DNA of 64,000 nt from Lachnospiraceae bacterium (GTDB taxonomy: Bacteria > Bacillota > Clostridia > Lachnospirales > Lachnospiraceae): NCBI GenBank assembly GCA_017473905.1, contig JAFUJA010000031.1, positions 10,914 to 74,913 on the forward strand, written 5' to 3'. A program made the translations under genes and the position numbers. The notes under the pieces were generated by a model. That model was not told the origin of the DNA, searched no databases, and was given only the letters and a program-made list of their open reading frames with translations. This document shows, one piece after another, positions 39,486 to 50,024 of this stretch. Within the stretch, counting starts at the first letter, position 1. Every line of letters begins with the position of its first letter.

Positions 39486-41368
39486 TTCAGCTCCGCTATT
39501 TCGTTGTAAAGGTCGGCGTAACGACCGTTAAGTTCTAATAATTCTTCATGGGTACCGCGTTCTACAATACGGCCTTTTTCAAGAACCATAATAGCATTTG
39601 ACTTACGTACCGTGGAAAGACGGTGAGCAATAACAAAGGTTGTTCTGTTTTCCATAAGGGCATCCATACCTTCTTCGATATGCCGTTCCGTTCTGGTGTC
39701 TACGGAACTTGTTGCTTCGTCCAGAATCAGAATGGGTGCATGACTGATAGCAGCACGGGCAATATTAAGAAGCTGCCGCTGACCCTGTGAAAGATTGGCT
39801 CCGTCGGATTCAAGTACGGTATCATAACCCTGGGGAAGATGCATGATAAAGCTGTGTGCAGAAGCAATTTTAGCAGCTGCAATGACTTCTTCATCCGTAG
39901 CATCCAGACGTCCGTAACGGATGTTTTCTCTTACCGTACCCGTAAAAAGATGAGTGTCCTGTAAAACCATGGCAATGTTGCTTCGTAAAAAGGAACGGTC
40001 CATTTTTTCAATGGGAATTCCGTCGATGGTAATGCTTCCGGAAATAGTATCATAAAATCTGGATAACAAATTGGTAACCGTTGTTTTTCCTGCTCCGGTG
40101 GAACCTACGAAGGCGATTTTCTGACCGGGTTTTGCAAAAAGGGAAATATCATGTAAAACGGTTACTTCAGGAACATATCCGAAGTTAACATTTTCCAGTA
40201 CAACGTGTCCCGTAAGCTTGTCGGGAATGATTTCATCTTCTGAACTTTGCTCGGGTTCTTCGTCTAATACCTCAAATACACGTTCCGCACCGGCAAGGGC
40301 AGAGAAAATTGTGTTCATCTGCATGGAAATTTCATTGATGGGGCGGTTAAAGGAACGGGTAAAGTTTAAGGAAACCGTAAGACCGCCGATGTCAAACCCT
40401 TTAAAAACAACAAGAAGTGCGCCTACACATGCGGAAACGGCATAAGTTAAATTACATAACTGATGGGTTAACGGTCCCATGATTCCGGAGGTAAACTGAG
40501 CTTTTATCTGTGCTTCGCAAAGCCTTTTATTTAGAAATCTGAATTCGTCCGTAGCTACATCTTCGTGATGAAAAACTTTTACAACTTTCTGGCCGGAAAT
40601 GGTTTCCTCAAAAAAGCCGTTTAACATACCCAGATTCCGCTGTTGTGCCTTATAAGAGCTTTGGCCGTACTTAATAATCATTTTACTGATAAGGGTAAGC
40701 AACGGGGTCATAATGATGGTAATACCGCCTAAAATAGGATTTGTTACCAGCATAAGAATAATGGTTCCCACAATGGTAATGGCACCGGAAACGATTTGAA
40801 TCAAGGTCGTATTCAACATTTCACCTACGGTATCCACATCGTTTGTAAAACGGCTCATGATATCCCCGTTTGCATGGGTATCGTAAAAACGTACGGGAAG
40901 CTTTTGTATCTTTTGGAAAAGATCGTTTCTCATATGTTTTAAGGAACGCTGGGATACGGTAAGCATCAGTCTTTGCTGTGTCCACTGTGTAATTAAGGAA
41001 ATGGCATAAATCAGCGCCATGAATGCAAGCCCCAGCCCCAGACCCTCCAAACGCTCTGTTAAATCCGGATTGGCAGGATCAAAATAGATAAATTTGTTCA
41101 TAATGGGGCGTAAAAGATAAGACGCCAAAAGAGTGGTAACCGTATGGATTACCGCACAGGTGAGGGCAATAAAAAGCAACGCCCGTTCCTTTGATAAATA
41201 TTTAAAGAGTCTTTTGATTGTAGGGAGGGTATTTTTCGGCTTTCCGGTGGCACCCATGTTTCCCCTTCTGTTCATGACATTTAAGGTTTTTGTAGTTCTT
41301 TCATTCTTGGTATTGGAAGCAGCATTGCTGTACTTGGCTTCCAGCCGGATCTGTCGTTCTTTATCCAT
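39482..41368 (-). CDS. ABC exporter, fused permease/ATPase (consensus-site subunit of a heterodimer)
   Basis: GSTGAGKT, LSQGQRQ, LILDEATSSVD, IAHRLST. Confidence 0.92.
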   Translation of the reverse strand: MDKERQIRLEAKYSNAASNTKNERTTKTLNVMNRRGNMGATGKPKNTLPTIKRLFKYLSKERALLFIALTCAVIHTVTTLLASYLLRPIMNKFIYFDPANPDLTERLEGLGLGLAFMALIYAISLITQWTQQRLMLTVSQRSLKHMRNDLFQKIQKLPVRFYDTHANGDIMSRFTNDVDTVGEMLNTTLIQIVSGAITIVGTIILMLVTNPILGGITIIMTPLLTLISKMIIKYGQSSYKAQQRNLGMLNGFFEETISGQKVVKVFHHEDVATDEFRFLNKRLCEAQIKAQFTSGIMGPLTHQLCNLTYAVSACVGALLVVFKGFDIGGLTVSLNFTRSFNRPINEISMQMNTIFSALAGAERVFEVLDEEPEQSSEDEIIPDKLTGHVVLENVNFGYVPEVTVLHDISLFAKPGQKIAFVGSTGAGKTTVTNLLSRFYDTISGSITIDGIPIEKMDRSFLRSNIAMVLQDTHLFTGTVRENIRYGRLDATDEEVIAAAKIASAHSFIMHLPQGYDTVLESDGANLSQGQRQLLNIARAAISHAPILILDEATSSVDTRTERHIEEGMDALMENRTTFVIAHRLSTVRKSNAIMVLEKGRIVERGTHEELLELNGRYADLYNEIAELN

Positions 41369-43098
41369 TATGCTTCCTCCTTATCTTTCTGGGAATAGTA
41401 GATTTCCTGATAAGCAGTGCAGGTTTTTAACAATACACTGTGGGAATCAAAACCTACGATTTTACCCTCGTCGAGAACCATAATGCGGTCTGCGTCTTCC
41501 ACGGAAGAAATTCTCTGGGCAATAATCAGCTTGGTAATACCGGGAAGTTCTTCACGGAAAGCTTTTCGTATGGAAGCATCCGTTGCGGTATCCACTGCAC
41601 TGGTAGAATCATCTAAAATCAGAATCTGCGGTTTTTTAAGCAAAGCTCTGGCAATACACAAACGTTGTTTCTGTCCGCCGGAAAGATTTAAACCGCCCTG
41701 ACTCAAATCGGTTTCATAACCTTCGGGAAAAGACATGACGAAACCGTCTGCCTGTGATACGGTGGCAGCATGACGGATTTCCTCCATGGTTGCAAATTCA
41801 TTTCCCCAACGTAAATTCTCCGCAATGGTGCCGGAAAAGAGAGTATTTTTCTGCAATACATAGGAAATGCTGTCACGAAGATTTTCGAAGGATAAATCTT
41901 TGATATTGGTTCCGTCGATGTAAATTTCACCCTCGTCAGGGTCATAAAGTCTGGGAATCAGCGAAACAAGGGTGCTTTTTCCGCTTCCCGTGGAACCGAT
42001 AATACCGATTAGTTCACCGGCATTGATTTTAAAGTCAATGTTCTCAAGGATATAGTCCTTATTATTTTTAAAATATTTAAAAGAAACATTTTTGAATTCA
42101 ATGCTTCCGTTTTCTACTTTTTTATCCGGATACGCTGCATCGGAATCCGTTAATTTCACTTTGGTATCCAGTACCTGTGAAATTCTTTTATGGGAAGCAG
42201 CGGCACGGGTTCCCTGCAATACGATATTGGCAACGAAGGTAAGTGCCGTAAGAATCTGTGAAAGATATGTAATAAAAGCCGTTAGGGTACCAAGTTCCAT
42301 GTCCCCCACCATAATCTGACGGCCGGAAATCCAGACCACAGCCAGAGTGGAAACATTTACCGCAAGGGCGGAAACGGGCTGCATAAGCAGCATGACTTTC
42401 AGGGCAGAAGTACTTTTATCTACCAGTATCTGATTAATTTTGCCGAATTTACCGATTTCATAATCTTCCCGCACAAAGGATTTGATAACCCGGATATTGG
42501 TTATGGATTCGTTGATGCCGTTGTTTACCGTATCCAGCGCCTGCTGCATTTTGGTGTAGCGGGGGGAGGCAACCAGGATAATTGCCGCAATGGAAATCCC
42601 GAGTATGGGAACAATGATTAAAATTGCCCATGCCAGATTGGAATTTAAATGAAACGACATAATCAGGGCACCGATAAGCATAATCGGGCTCCGAAACATA
42701 CCGCGCAGGGCAGTCTGGGCGAAATTCTGAATCTGGGTTACATCATTGGTAATACGGGTAATCAGGGAGCCGGTAGTAAAGTCATCAATGTCTGAAAAGG
42801 AAAACTCCTGTATTTTGACAAATACCTCATCTCTGACACCTGCGGCAAGCCGGGTTGCTCCGCGAATGGAAAAGTTTGCACCCAACACGCCGGTTGCCAA
42901 CATAAAAAAGGCCAAAAGTCCCATATAAATACCGTTTTGGAAGATGTAAGGGACATCACCGTTGGCGGCGCCGATATCAATAATGTTCTTGTTAATATAG
43001 GGTAAAATAAATTCTCCGCAGGCTTCCAGCATCATAAAAAGCGGTCCCAGGAGAAAATGATACCAGTATTTTTTCGCATATTTTATATAGCGTTTCAT
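41368..43098 (-). CDS. ABC exporter, fused permease/ATPase (degenerate-site subunit)
   Basis: GSTGSGKS, LSGGQKQR, LILDDSTSAVD, IAQRISS, as in TM287/288-type pairs. Confidence 0.92.
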   Translation of the reverse strand: MKRYIKYAKKYWYHFLLGPLFMMLEACGEFILPYINKNIIDIGAANGDVPYIFQNGIYMGLLAFFMLATGVLGANFSIRGATRLAAGVRDEVFVKIQEFSFSDIDDFTTGSLITRITNDVTQIQNFAQTALRGMFRSPIMLIGALIMSFHLNSNLAWAILIIVPILGISIAAIILVASPRYTKMQQALDTVNNGINESITNIRVIKSFVREDYEIGKFGKINQILVDKSTSALKVMLLMQPVSALAVNVSTLAVVWISGRQIMVGDMELGTLTAFITYLSQILTALTFVANIVLQGTRAAASHKRISQVLDTKVKLTDSDAAYPDKKVENGSIEFKNVSFKYFKNNKDYILENIDFKINAGELIGIIGSTGSGKSTLVSLIPRLYDPDEGEIYIDGTNIKDLSFENLRDSISYVLQKNTLFSGTIAENLRWGNEFATMEEIRHAATVSQADGFVMSFPEGYETDLSQGGLNLSGGQKQRLCIARALLKKPQILILDDSTSAVDTATDASIRKAFREELPGITKLIIAQRISSVEDADRIMVLDEGKIVGFDSHSVLLKTCTAYQEIYYSQKDKEEA

Positions 43099-43288
43099 AA
43101 AAAAGTACCTCTCATTTCCTGTCTGAAATCTTACAAATTATTTTTATGATAATAAAAAAATTATATTCTTTCAAGAAAATATACCGAAAAAAACTCGCTT
43201 TTTTTACAAAAAGGATTATAATAATTTAAAAAAACAATTCAATTTTTTTAAGTAATTATTCGTAAGTTTGACAGGGAGTGACAAGAGC

Positions 43289-44137
43289 ATGAAGACAGGA
43301 ATTGTACTGGAAGGCGGCGCTATGAGAGGACTGTACAGCGCAGGTGTTCTGGACGTTATTATGGAAGAAGGAATAGAAGCGGAGGGCTTGGTCGGCGTGT
43401 CTGCAGGAGCGGCATTCGGCTGTAATTACAAGTCAAAGCAAATCGGCAGAGCCATCAGATATAATACAAAATACTGCAACGATCCCAGATACGGCAGTAT
43501 AAAGTCGTTTTTGAAAACAGGGGATATTTTTGATGTGGAATTCTGTTACAAAACCCTGCCTTATGAATTAGACCCCATGGACTGGGATACTTTTGAAAAG
43601 AATCCGGTGGAGTTTTATGCCGTGAGTACGGATATGGAAACCGGTGAAGCGGTGTATTTTAAGGCGGATAAAGAGGGAGAGGAAACCATGAAGATGATTC
43701 AGAGTTCCGCTTCCATGCCGCTTGTTTCCAAGCCGGTTTTATTAAACGGCAGAGAGTATCTCGACGGAGGAATTTCCGATGCCATTCCCATAAAATGGTT
43801 TCAGTCCCAGGGGTACGAAAAGAATGTTGTTATTCTCACAAGACCTTACGGATATCGCAAAAAGAAAAGCAAAATGGCTCTTCTTGTTAAACTGATGTTG
43901 CGGAAATATCCTAAAATAGTACATGCCATGAATACAAGACATATCCGCTACAATGAAACCCTTGATGCATTGGAACAGATGGAAAAAGAAGGCAAAGTGC
44001 TACTTTTTTATCCTCCTTCAGACGTTCTTGTTAAACGTACGGAAAGCGACCCGAAGAAGCTGCAGGCCATTTATGAAGCAGGACGGAAGGATGCATTAAA
44101 ACGTCTGGACGAATTGAAGAGATTTGTCGAAAAATAA
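43289..44137 (+). CDS. Patatin-like phospholipase family protein
   Basis: LEGGAMRG, GVSAG, YLDGG. Confidence 0.92.
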   Translation: MKTGIVLEGGAMRGLYSAGVLDVIMEEGIEAEGLVGVSAGAAFGCNYKSKQIGRAIRYNTKYCNDPRYGSIKSFLKTGDIFDVEFCYKTLPYELDPMDWDTFEKNPVEFYAVSTDMETGEAVYFKADKEGEETMKMIQSSASMPLVSKPVLLNGREYLDGGISDAIPIKWFQSQGYEKNVVILTRPYGYRKKKSKMALLVKLMLRKYPKIVHAMNTRHIRYNETLDALEQMEKEGKVLLFYPPSDVLVKRTESDPKKLQAIYEAGRKDALKRLDELKRFVEK

Positions 44138-44204
44138 CGTGTCGAAAACACACCGTAAATGCGGTTGAAAAGAGTTGAAATGAGATAAATAATTCCGATA
44201 TAAT
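44125..44204 (+). promoter_or_regulatory. Two Spo0A boxes and a sigma-A-like promoter upstream of the spo0A-like gene
   Basis: TGTCGAA at 44125-44131 and 44140-44146; TTGAAA(44175)-18 nt-TATAAT(44199). Confidence 0.7.
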
Positions 44205-44261
44205 CACTCTGCAGTAAAAAACGGGAAAATAAAATCCCGAAAAAGCATGAAGGAGGATATC

Positions 44262-44798
44262 ATGGATCACGTTAGTCTCATGAATACCCAGGATAACGAC
44301 AGAATCTTAATGATGCTGTCGGATTTACTTCAGTGTGACAAAGAATTTCAGATTACCATTACGGTTCCCGGAGAACAGAAGAACAGTAAAAACGCAAAAG
44401 AAGGGAAATACATCCCGATTTCACACAAAGAAGCAGCCGTACCCACAGGTGCGGACCTGGAAAGAGAAGTTACTGACATGATACATGAAATCGGAGTGCC
44501 TGCCCACATAAAAGGGTACCAGTATCTGCGGGAAGCTATTATGGTCTCCGTGGAGGATGCGGAAATGCTGAATTCCATTACCAAGCTTTTATATCCTTCC
44601 ATTGCAAAGAAATTTCAGACCACGTCAAGCAGAGTGGAAAGAGCCATCCGTCATGCCATAGAAGTGGCATGGAGCAGAGGCAGAATGGAGACCCTTGACG
44701 CCTTGTTCGGCTATACGGTGAATCATGGAAAGGGAAAGCCTACGAATTCTGAATTTATAGCACTGATTGCGGACCGAATTCGATTGCAATATCACTAG
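44262..44798 (+). CDS. spo0A: Spo0A derivative: intact C-terminal DNA-binding domain, receiver domain mostly missing (178 aa)
   Basis: [63 protein letters not shown]; AGGAGG RBS. Confidence 0.85.
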   Translation: MDHVSLMNTQDNDRILMMLSDLLQCDKEFQITITVPGEQKNSKNAKEGKYIPISHKEAAVPTGADLEREVTDMIHEIGVPAHIKGYQYLREAIMVSVEDAEMLNSITKLLYPSIAKKFQTTSSRVERAIRHAIEVAWSRGRMETLDALFGYTVNHGKGKPTNSEFIALIADRIRLQYH

Positions 44799-44877
44799 GT
44801 TTGATGTATAATATTTCCAGTTATAAATAAAGCATTGTATTAAGTTTTTATCATTTGGACGCATGGAGGTCGGTGCA

Positions 44878-46323
44878 ATGAAAAACATATTATTTGTAGC
44901 TTCAGAGGGTGTTCCTTTTATTAAGACGGGCGGACTTGCCGATGTAGTAGGTTCTCTTCCCAAATGTGTGGATAAGCGTTATTTTGACATTAGGGTTATG
45001 ATGCCGAAATACACCTGTATTCCTCAGGAAATGCGGGATAAAATGGTGTATAAGAATTCCTTTTATATGGACTTTAACTGGAAAAGCGAGTATGTGGGAA
45101 TTCTGGAAGCGGAAGTGGACGGCGTGATTTATTATTTTATTGATAATGAATCCATGTTCGGTGGCTTCAGACCTTACAGCAATAATGTTTATGATGACAT
45201 TGTGAAGTTTTCCTTTTTCTCCAAAGCGGCTTTGGCAGCCATGCCTTTGTTGGATTTCCGGCCCGATGTGATTCATTGTCACGACTGGCAGACCGGTCTT
45301 GTGCCGGTATATTTAAAAGAACGTTTCCAGGGCAACTCATTTTTCCACGGAATCAAGTCTGTTATGACCATTCATAACTTAAAATTCCAGGGCAAGTGGG
45401 ATGTGAAGAGTGTAAAAGAACTTACCGGTCTTTCAGACTACTATTTTACACCGGATAAGCTGGAAGCATATAAAAATGCCAATATGTTAAAAGGCGGACT
45501 TGTTTTTGCGGATGCCATCACAACCGTAAGCAGTACCTATGCGCAGGAAATCATGACACCTTTTTACGGAGAGAGTCTGGACGGCCTGATGCGTGCAAGA
45601 CAGCATGATTTACGGGGTATTGTAAACGGTATTGATTATGAAGAATACAATCCCGAAACGGATAAGTACATTGAGGTAAATTACAATATCAAGAACTTCC
45701 GTAAGGAAAAAATTAAAAATAAGAGACTTCTTCAGAAAGAACTTGGTTTGGCAGAAGATGATAAGGCTATGATGATCGGAATTGTTTCCCGTCTTACGGA
45801 CCAGAAAGGCTTCGATCTGATTGCTTATATGATGGATGAATTGTGTCAGGATGCTGTTCAGATTGTGGTACTCGGTACCGGTGATGAGCAGTACGAGAAT
45901 ATGTTCCGTCACTTTGACTGGAAATATGGAGATAAAGTTTCCGCTAATATTTATTATTCAGAAGCAATGTCCCATAAAATTTATGCAGCCTGTGATGCAT
46001 TCCTTATGCCGTCCCTGTTTGAACCCTGCGGTTTGAGCCAGCTTATGGCACTTCGTTACGGAACACTTCCCATTGTCCGTGAGACAGGCGGTTTGAAGGA
46101 TACGGTTGAACCTTATAACGAGTACGAAAGTACAGGTACAGGTTTCAGCTTCGTAAATTACAATGCACACGAAATGCTTCGTACCATTCGTTACGCTGAG
46201 AAGATTTATTATGATAAGAAGCGTGAATGGAACAAAATGGTGGATCGCGCCATGGCAGCTGATTTCTCATGGCAGGTATCCGCACAGAAATATCAGGAAA
46301 TGTACGATTGGTTAATCGGATAA
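44878..46323 (+). CDS. glgA: Glycogen synthase
   Basis: KTGGLADV, HCHDWQT, TIHNL.FQG, PSLFEPCGLSQ. Confidence 0.96.
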   Translation: MKNILFVASEGVPFIKTGGLADVVGSLPKCVDKRYFDIRVMMPKYTCIPQEMRDKMVYKNSFYMDFNWKSEYVGILEAEVDGVIYYFIDNESMFGGFRPYSNNVYDDIVKFSFFSKAALAAMPLLDFRPDVIHCHDWQTGLVPVYLKERFQGNSFFHGIKSVMTIHNLKFQGKWDVKSVKELTGLSDYYFTPDKLEAYKNANMLKGGLVFADAITTVSSTYAQEIMTPFYGESLDGLMRARQHDLRGIVNGIDYEEYNPETDKYIEVNYNIKNFRKEKIKNKRLLQKELGLAEDDKAMMIGIVSRLTDQKGFDLIAYMMDELCQDAVQIVVLGTGDEQYENMFRHFDWKYGDKVSANIYYSEAMSHKIYAACDAFLMPSLFEPCGLSQLMALRYGTLPIVRETGGLKDTVEPYNEYESTGTGFSFVNYNAHEMLRTIRYAEKIYYDKKREWNKMVDRAMAADFSWQVSAQKYQEMYDWLIG

Positions 46324-46333
46324 TTTAAAAGAT

Positions 46334-46369
46334 AAAAAGCGTTGCTTTTCAAAGAAGCCACGCTTTTTT
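46334..46369 (+). terminator. Probable terminator after glgA
   Basis: AAAAAGCGT...ACGCTTTTTT. Confidence 0.6.
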
Positions 46370-46383
46370 CATGGAGGAAGAAT

Positions 46384-48144
46384 ATGGCTTTTGACGGCAT
46401 TACCATAGCGGGTGTGGTTGCAGAATTAAATAGTGCCCTTACGGGAGGACGTATTTCTAAAATTTCCCAGCCGGAAAAGGAAGAAATTGTCATTACGGTA
46501 AAAAATGACGGAAAGCAGTATAAACTGTTTCTTTCGGCATGCGCATCCTTACCATTGATTTATCTGACGGATACGGCAAAGGCGGCACCCCTTACCGCAC
46601 CGAATTTCTGTATGGTATTGCGGAAGCATTTGCAGAGCGCTAAAATTCTGTCCGTAACCCAGCCCGGAATGGAACGTGTGGTTGAAATCCGTGCCGAACA
46701 TCTGGATGAAATGGGAGATATGTGCCAGCGTATTCTTATATTTGAGCTGATGGGAAAATACAGTAACCTGATTTTATGCAATGATAATCAGGTGATTTTA
46801 GACAGTTTAAAACATGTCCCTTCCTCAATGAGCTCTGTAAGAGAGGTATTGCCGGGACGGGAGTATTTTATTCCGGTAACCTGTGAAAAAAAGAATGCAC
46901 TCGAAACAGATAAAAATGAATTTTTTCAGCTTGTGAAAGCAGGTTCTCTTCCGGTGTATAAAATGCTCTATCAGTCTTTTACGGGAATTTCGCCTTTTAT
47001 TGCAAGAGAACTATGCGACATGGCAAATTTAGACGACCGTAAGGGCGGCACTGATTTGAATGAGGATGAGCTGCAGGCACTTTGGGAAGCTTTTTTAACA
47101 CTTGTTACACAAATAAAAGAGAAGAATTTTACACCGGTTGTTTTATATGAGAACGGAAAAGAACAGGAATTTGCGGTAACGGACATTTCGAGTTTTGCGC
47201 CTGAAAACAGGAAGACTTTTGAAAGTGTGTCCGAAATGCTGGCATTCTTTTATCATTCCAAAAATAATGCAGACGTTATGCGTCAGAAAACCCTGAATCT
47301 CCGTAAAACCGTACAGACAATTCTGGAAAGAGATTATAAAAAACTGGATTTACAGGAAAAACAGTTACGGGATGCGGCAAAGAAGGAGCAGTATAAAATT
47401 TACGGTGAGCTTTTAAATACTTACGGATATGGTGTGGAAGAAGGGGCAGCTTCCGCGACGGTTTTAAATTATTATACAAACGAAGAAATTACGATTCCTC
47501 TGGATAAAGAGAAAAGTGTAAAAGACAATGCCAAGCGTTATTTTGAAAAATACACGAAAATGAAACGGACCGAGGAAGCTCTGGGGATTCAGTTGGAGGA
47601 AACCAAAAAAGAAATTGCATATCTGGAATCGGTCCATACATTTCTTCAGATTGCTTCAAGCAAAGAAGATTTGAATCAGATTCGCCACGAGCTGTATGAA
47701 CGCCGTTATATCCGTAAAAAACCTGACAAGCAGGATAAGAAGAATGCAAGTAAACCACTGCATTACCGTACGGAAGACGGGTACGAAATCTACGTGGGAA
47801 AGAATAACTTACAGAATGAAGAACTTACCTTCCGCATGGCTACGGGAAATGACTGGTGGTTTCATGCAAAAGGTGTTCCCGGTTCCCATGTTATCGTAAA
47901 AGCACCCCATGAAAATCCCGCTACGGAATGGGATATGCCGGATGAGGTTTTCGAAGCTGCGGCAGCGCTTGCCGCAATGAATTCCAAAAACAGGGATCAG
48001 GAAAAGGTTGAAGTGGACTATATCCGTAAAAAACATGTAAAACGTCCCGGTGGAGGAGAACCCGGATTTGTTGTATATTACACGAATTTTTCCATGGTAA
48101 TTGAAACAAATATTGACAGGTTTGCGTTGACGTTAATCGATTGA
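46384..48144 (+). CDS. rqcH: Rqc2/RqcH (NFACT, FbpA/PavA family) ribosome quality-control factor
   Basis: MAFDGIT, FCMVLRKHL, ELMGKYSN, VGKNNLQNE, WFHAKGVPGSHV. Confidence 0.9.
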   Translation: MAFDGITIAGVVAELNSALTGGRISKISQPEKEEIVITVKNDGKQYKLFLSACASLPLIYLTDTAKAAPLTAPNFCMVLRKHLQSAKILSVTQPGMERVVEIRAEHLDEMGDMCQRILIFELMGKYSNLILCNDNQVILDSLKHVPSSMSSVREVLPGREYFIPVTCEKKNALETDKNEFFQLVKAGSLPVYKMLYQSFTGISPFIARELCDMANLDDRKGGTDLNEDELQALWEAFLTLVTQIKEKNFTPVVLYENGKEQEFAVTDISSFAPENRKTFESVSEMLAFFYHSKNNADVMRQKTLNLRKTVQTILERDYKKLDLQEKQLRDAAKKEQYKIYGELLNTYGYGVEEGAASATVLNYYTNEEITIPLDKEKSVKDNAKRYFEKYTKMKRTEEALGIQLEETKKEIAYLESVHTFLQIASSKEDLNQIRHELYERRYIRKKPDKQDKKNASKPLHYRTEDGYEIYVGKNNLQNEELTFRMATGNDWWFHAKGVPGSHVIVKAPHENPATEWDMPDEVFEAAAALAAMNSKNRDQEKVEVDYIRKKHVKRPGGGEPGFVVYYTNFSMVIETNIDRFALTLID

Positions 48145-48240
48145 TGAAGTATAATTAAATGAAATATGCCTTTGAAGCATATTCTTTGTTGTAATGCAGA
48201 CAGGGGATAGAGGGTTATGTTCCCGGAACGGAGTGAACAG

Positions 48241-49119
48241 ATGATTAAAAGTATGACCGGTTTCGGCAGATTTGAAACTTCTGACGGAACAAGAAAGTGT
48301 ACGGTAGAAATTAAATCCGTAAACCACAGATATCTTGATCTGGCAATTAAAATGCCCAAGAAACTCAATTTTTTTGAGGCATCCATCCGTAATGTTTTAA
48401 AAGAATACATTCAGCGTGGTAAAGTTGATGTTTTTATCACTTACGAAGAAGTAGCGGAACAGAATGTATGTATTAAATATAACAGCGAAATTGCCGGAGA
48501 GTATTTGAAGTATTTAAGACAGATGGCAGAAGAGTTCGGTCTGGATGATGATATCCGCGTTTCCACACTTTCCAGATATCCGGAAGTTCTTACCATGGAT
48601 GAAGTCAGCATCGATGAAGAAGAAATCTGGAATTTATTGGAAGGAACCCTGCGCAAAGCAGCGGAAGGCTTTGTAGAAAGCCGTATCAAGGAAGGTGAAA
48701 ATCTGAAAAATGATATGGTCAGCAAGCTTGACGGCATGTTGACGCATGTTGATTTTATTACGGAGCGTTCCCCTATTATCATCGCAGAGTACAGAAAGCG
48801 TCTTGAAGAGAAAGTGAAAGAGCTTCTGGAAGATAATAAAATTGACGAAAACAGAATTCTTACGGAAGTTACGATTTTTGCAGATAAAAGTTGTGTGGAT
48901 GAAGAACTGGTTCGTCTCCGCAGTCATATTGAAACCACAAAGGAAACCCTGATTGCCGGCGGTAGCGTGGGCAGAAAACTGGATTTCATAGCGCAGGAAA
49001 TGAACAGAGAAGCGAATACCACACTTTCCAAATCAAACGACCTGGAAATTTCCAATGTTGCAATTGAATTAAAAACCGAAATTGAAAAGATTCGTGAGCA
49101 GATTCAGAACATTGAATAA
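48241..49119 (+). CDS. yloC: YicC/YloC family endoribonuclease
   Basis: MIKSMTGFGR, SVNHRYLD, GRKLDFIAQEMNREANT, EKIREQIQNIE. Confidence 0.94.
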   Translation: MIKSMTGFGRFETSDGTRKCTVEIKSVNHRYLDLAIKMPKKLNFFEASIRNVLKEYIQRGKVDVFITYEEVAEQNVCIKYNSEIAGEYLKYLRQMAEEFGLDDDIRVSTLSRYPEVLTMDEVSIDEEEIWNLLEGTLRKAAEGFVESRIKEGENLKNDMVSKLDGMLTHVDFITERSPIIIAEYRKRLEEKVKELLEDNKIDENRILTEVTIFADKSCVDEELVRLRSHIETTKETLIAGGSVGRKLDFIAQEMNREANTTLSKSNDLEISNVAIELKTEIEKIREQIQNIE

Positions 49120-49130
49120 GGAGGTTTTCA

Positions 49131-49394
49131 ATGAGCAGATTTGTTCATATCGGATATGGTAATATTGTTAATTCCGATAAAATAACCGCCATTGTGAATC
49201 CGGATGCGGCACCCGTTAAAAGAATGGTACAGACTGCCAAGGAAAACGGAACGGCAATTGACGCCACACAGGGACGAAAAACCAAGGCTGTTCTTGTTAT
49301 GACGGAAGGGCAGATTGTATTGTCCGCCCTTTTGCCGGATACGATAGCAGCCAGAGCACAGGAACAGGATAAAAACGGAGGAATGAACGGATGA
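49131..49394 (+). CDS. remA: RemA / DUF370 family regulator
   Basis: HIGYGNIV, P..AP.KR, IDATQGRKTKAV, VLSAL.PDT; yloC-remA-gmk-rpoZ synteny. Confidence 0.88.
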   Translation: MSRFVHIGYGNIVNSDKITAIVNPDAAPVKRMVQTAKENGTAIDATQGRKTKAVLVMTEGQIVLSALLPDTIAARAQEQDKNGGMNG

Positions 49395-50020
49395 AAAAAG
49401 GAATTCTTATTGTAATTTCCGGTTTTTCCGGTGCAGGAAAAGGAACCGTTGTAAACCGGTTAATCAATGAATATGACGATTATGCATTAAGTGTGTCCAT
49501 GACAACCAGATCTCCCAGACCCGGGGAAGTGGACGGCAAATCTTATTTCTTTGTAAGCCGGGAGGAATTTATCAAGCGGATTGAAGAAAAAGAATTTTTG
49601 GAATATGCGGTATATTGCGATAATTTTTACGGAACGCCTCTTTCTTATGTGGAAGAACAGATGGAAGCAGGTAAAAACGTAATCCTTGAAATTGAAGTGC
49701 AGGGAGCATTACAGATTAAGGAAAAACACCCTGATGCGTTGCTTCTTTTTGTAACACCTCCCAGTATTCAGATTTTAAAAGACCGCCTTTATTCCAGACA
49801 GACAGAAAGCGTTGATGTGATTCATAAGCGTCTGGCACAGGCAGAAGTTGAGTCAAGACATATGCATCTCTATGATTATGTGATTGTGAATGACAATCTG
49901 GATGAATGTGTGAAGAATACCAACGAAATTATTAAAGCAGCACACAGCAGTACCGTAAGGTCTGTGGAATTTATAGAAACAATTAAAGAAGAGTTAAAAC
50001 TCTTCACGGAAGGAGAATAG
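49391..50020 (+). CDS. gmk: Guanylate kinase
   Basis: SGFSGAGKGT, TTRSPRPGEVDG, YGT, LEIEVQGA. Confidence 0.96.
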   Translation: MKKGILIVISGFSGAGKGTVVNRLINEYDDYALSVSMTTRSPRPGEVDGKSYFFVSREEFIKRIEEKEFLEYAVYCDNFYGTPLSYVEEQMEAGKNVILEIEVQGALQIKEKHPDALLLFVTPPSIQILKDRLYSRQTESVDVIHKRLAQAEVESRHMHLYDYVIVNDNLDECVKNTNEIIKAAHSSTVRSVEFIETIKEELKLFTEGE

Positions 50021-50024
50021 AATT

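Noticed and set aside
41368-43098. Degenerate Walker B (DD) and switch (Q) as a sign of pseudogenisation
   Set aside because: Normal asymmetry of heterodimeric ABC exporters
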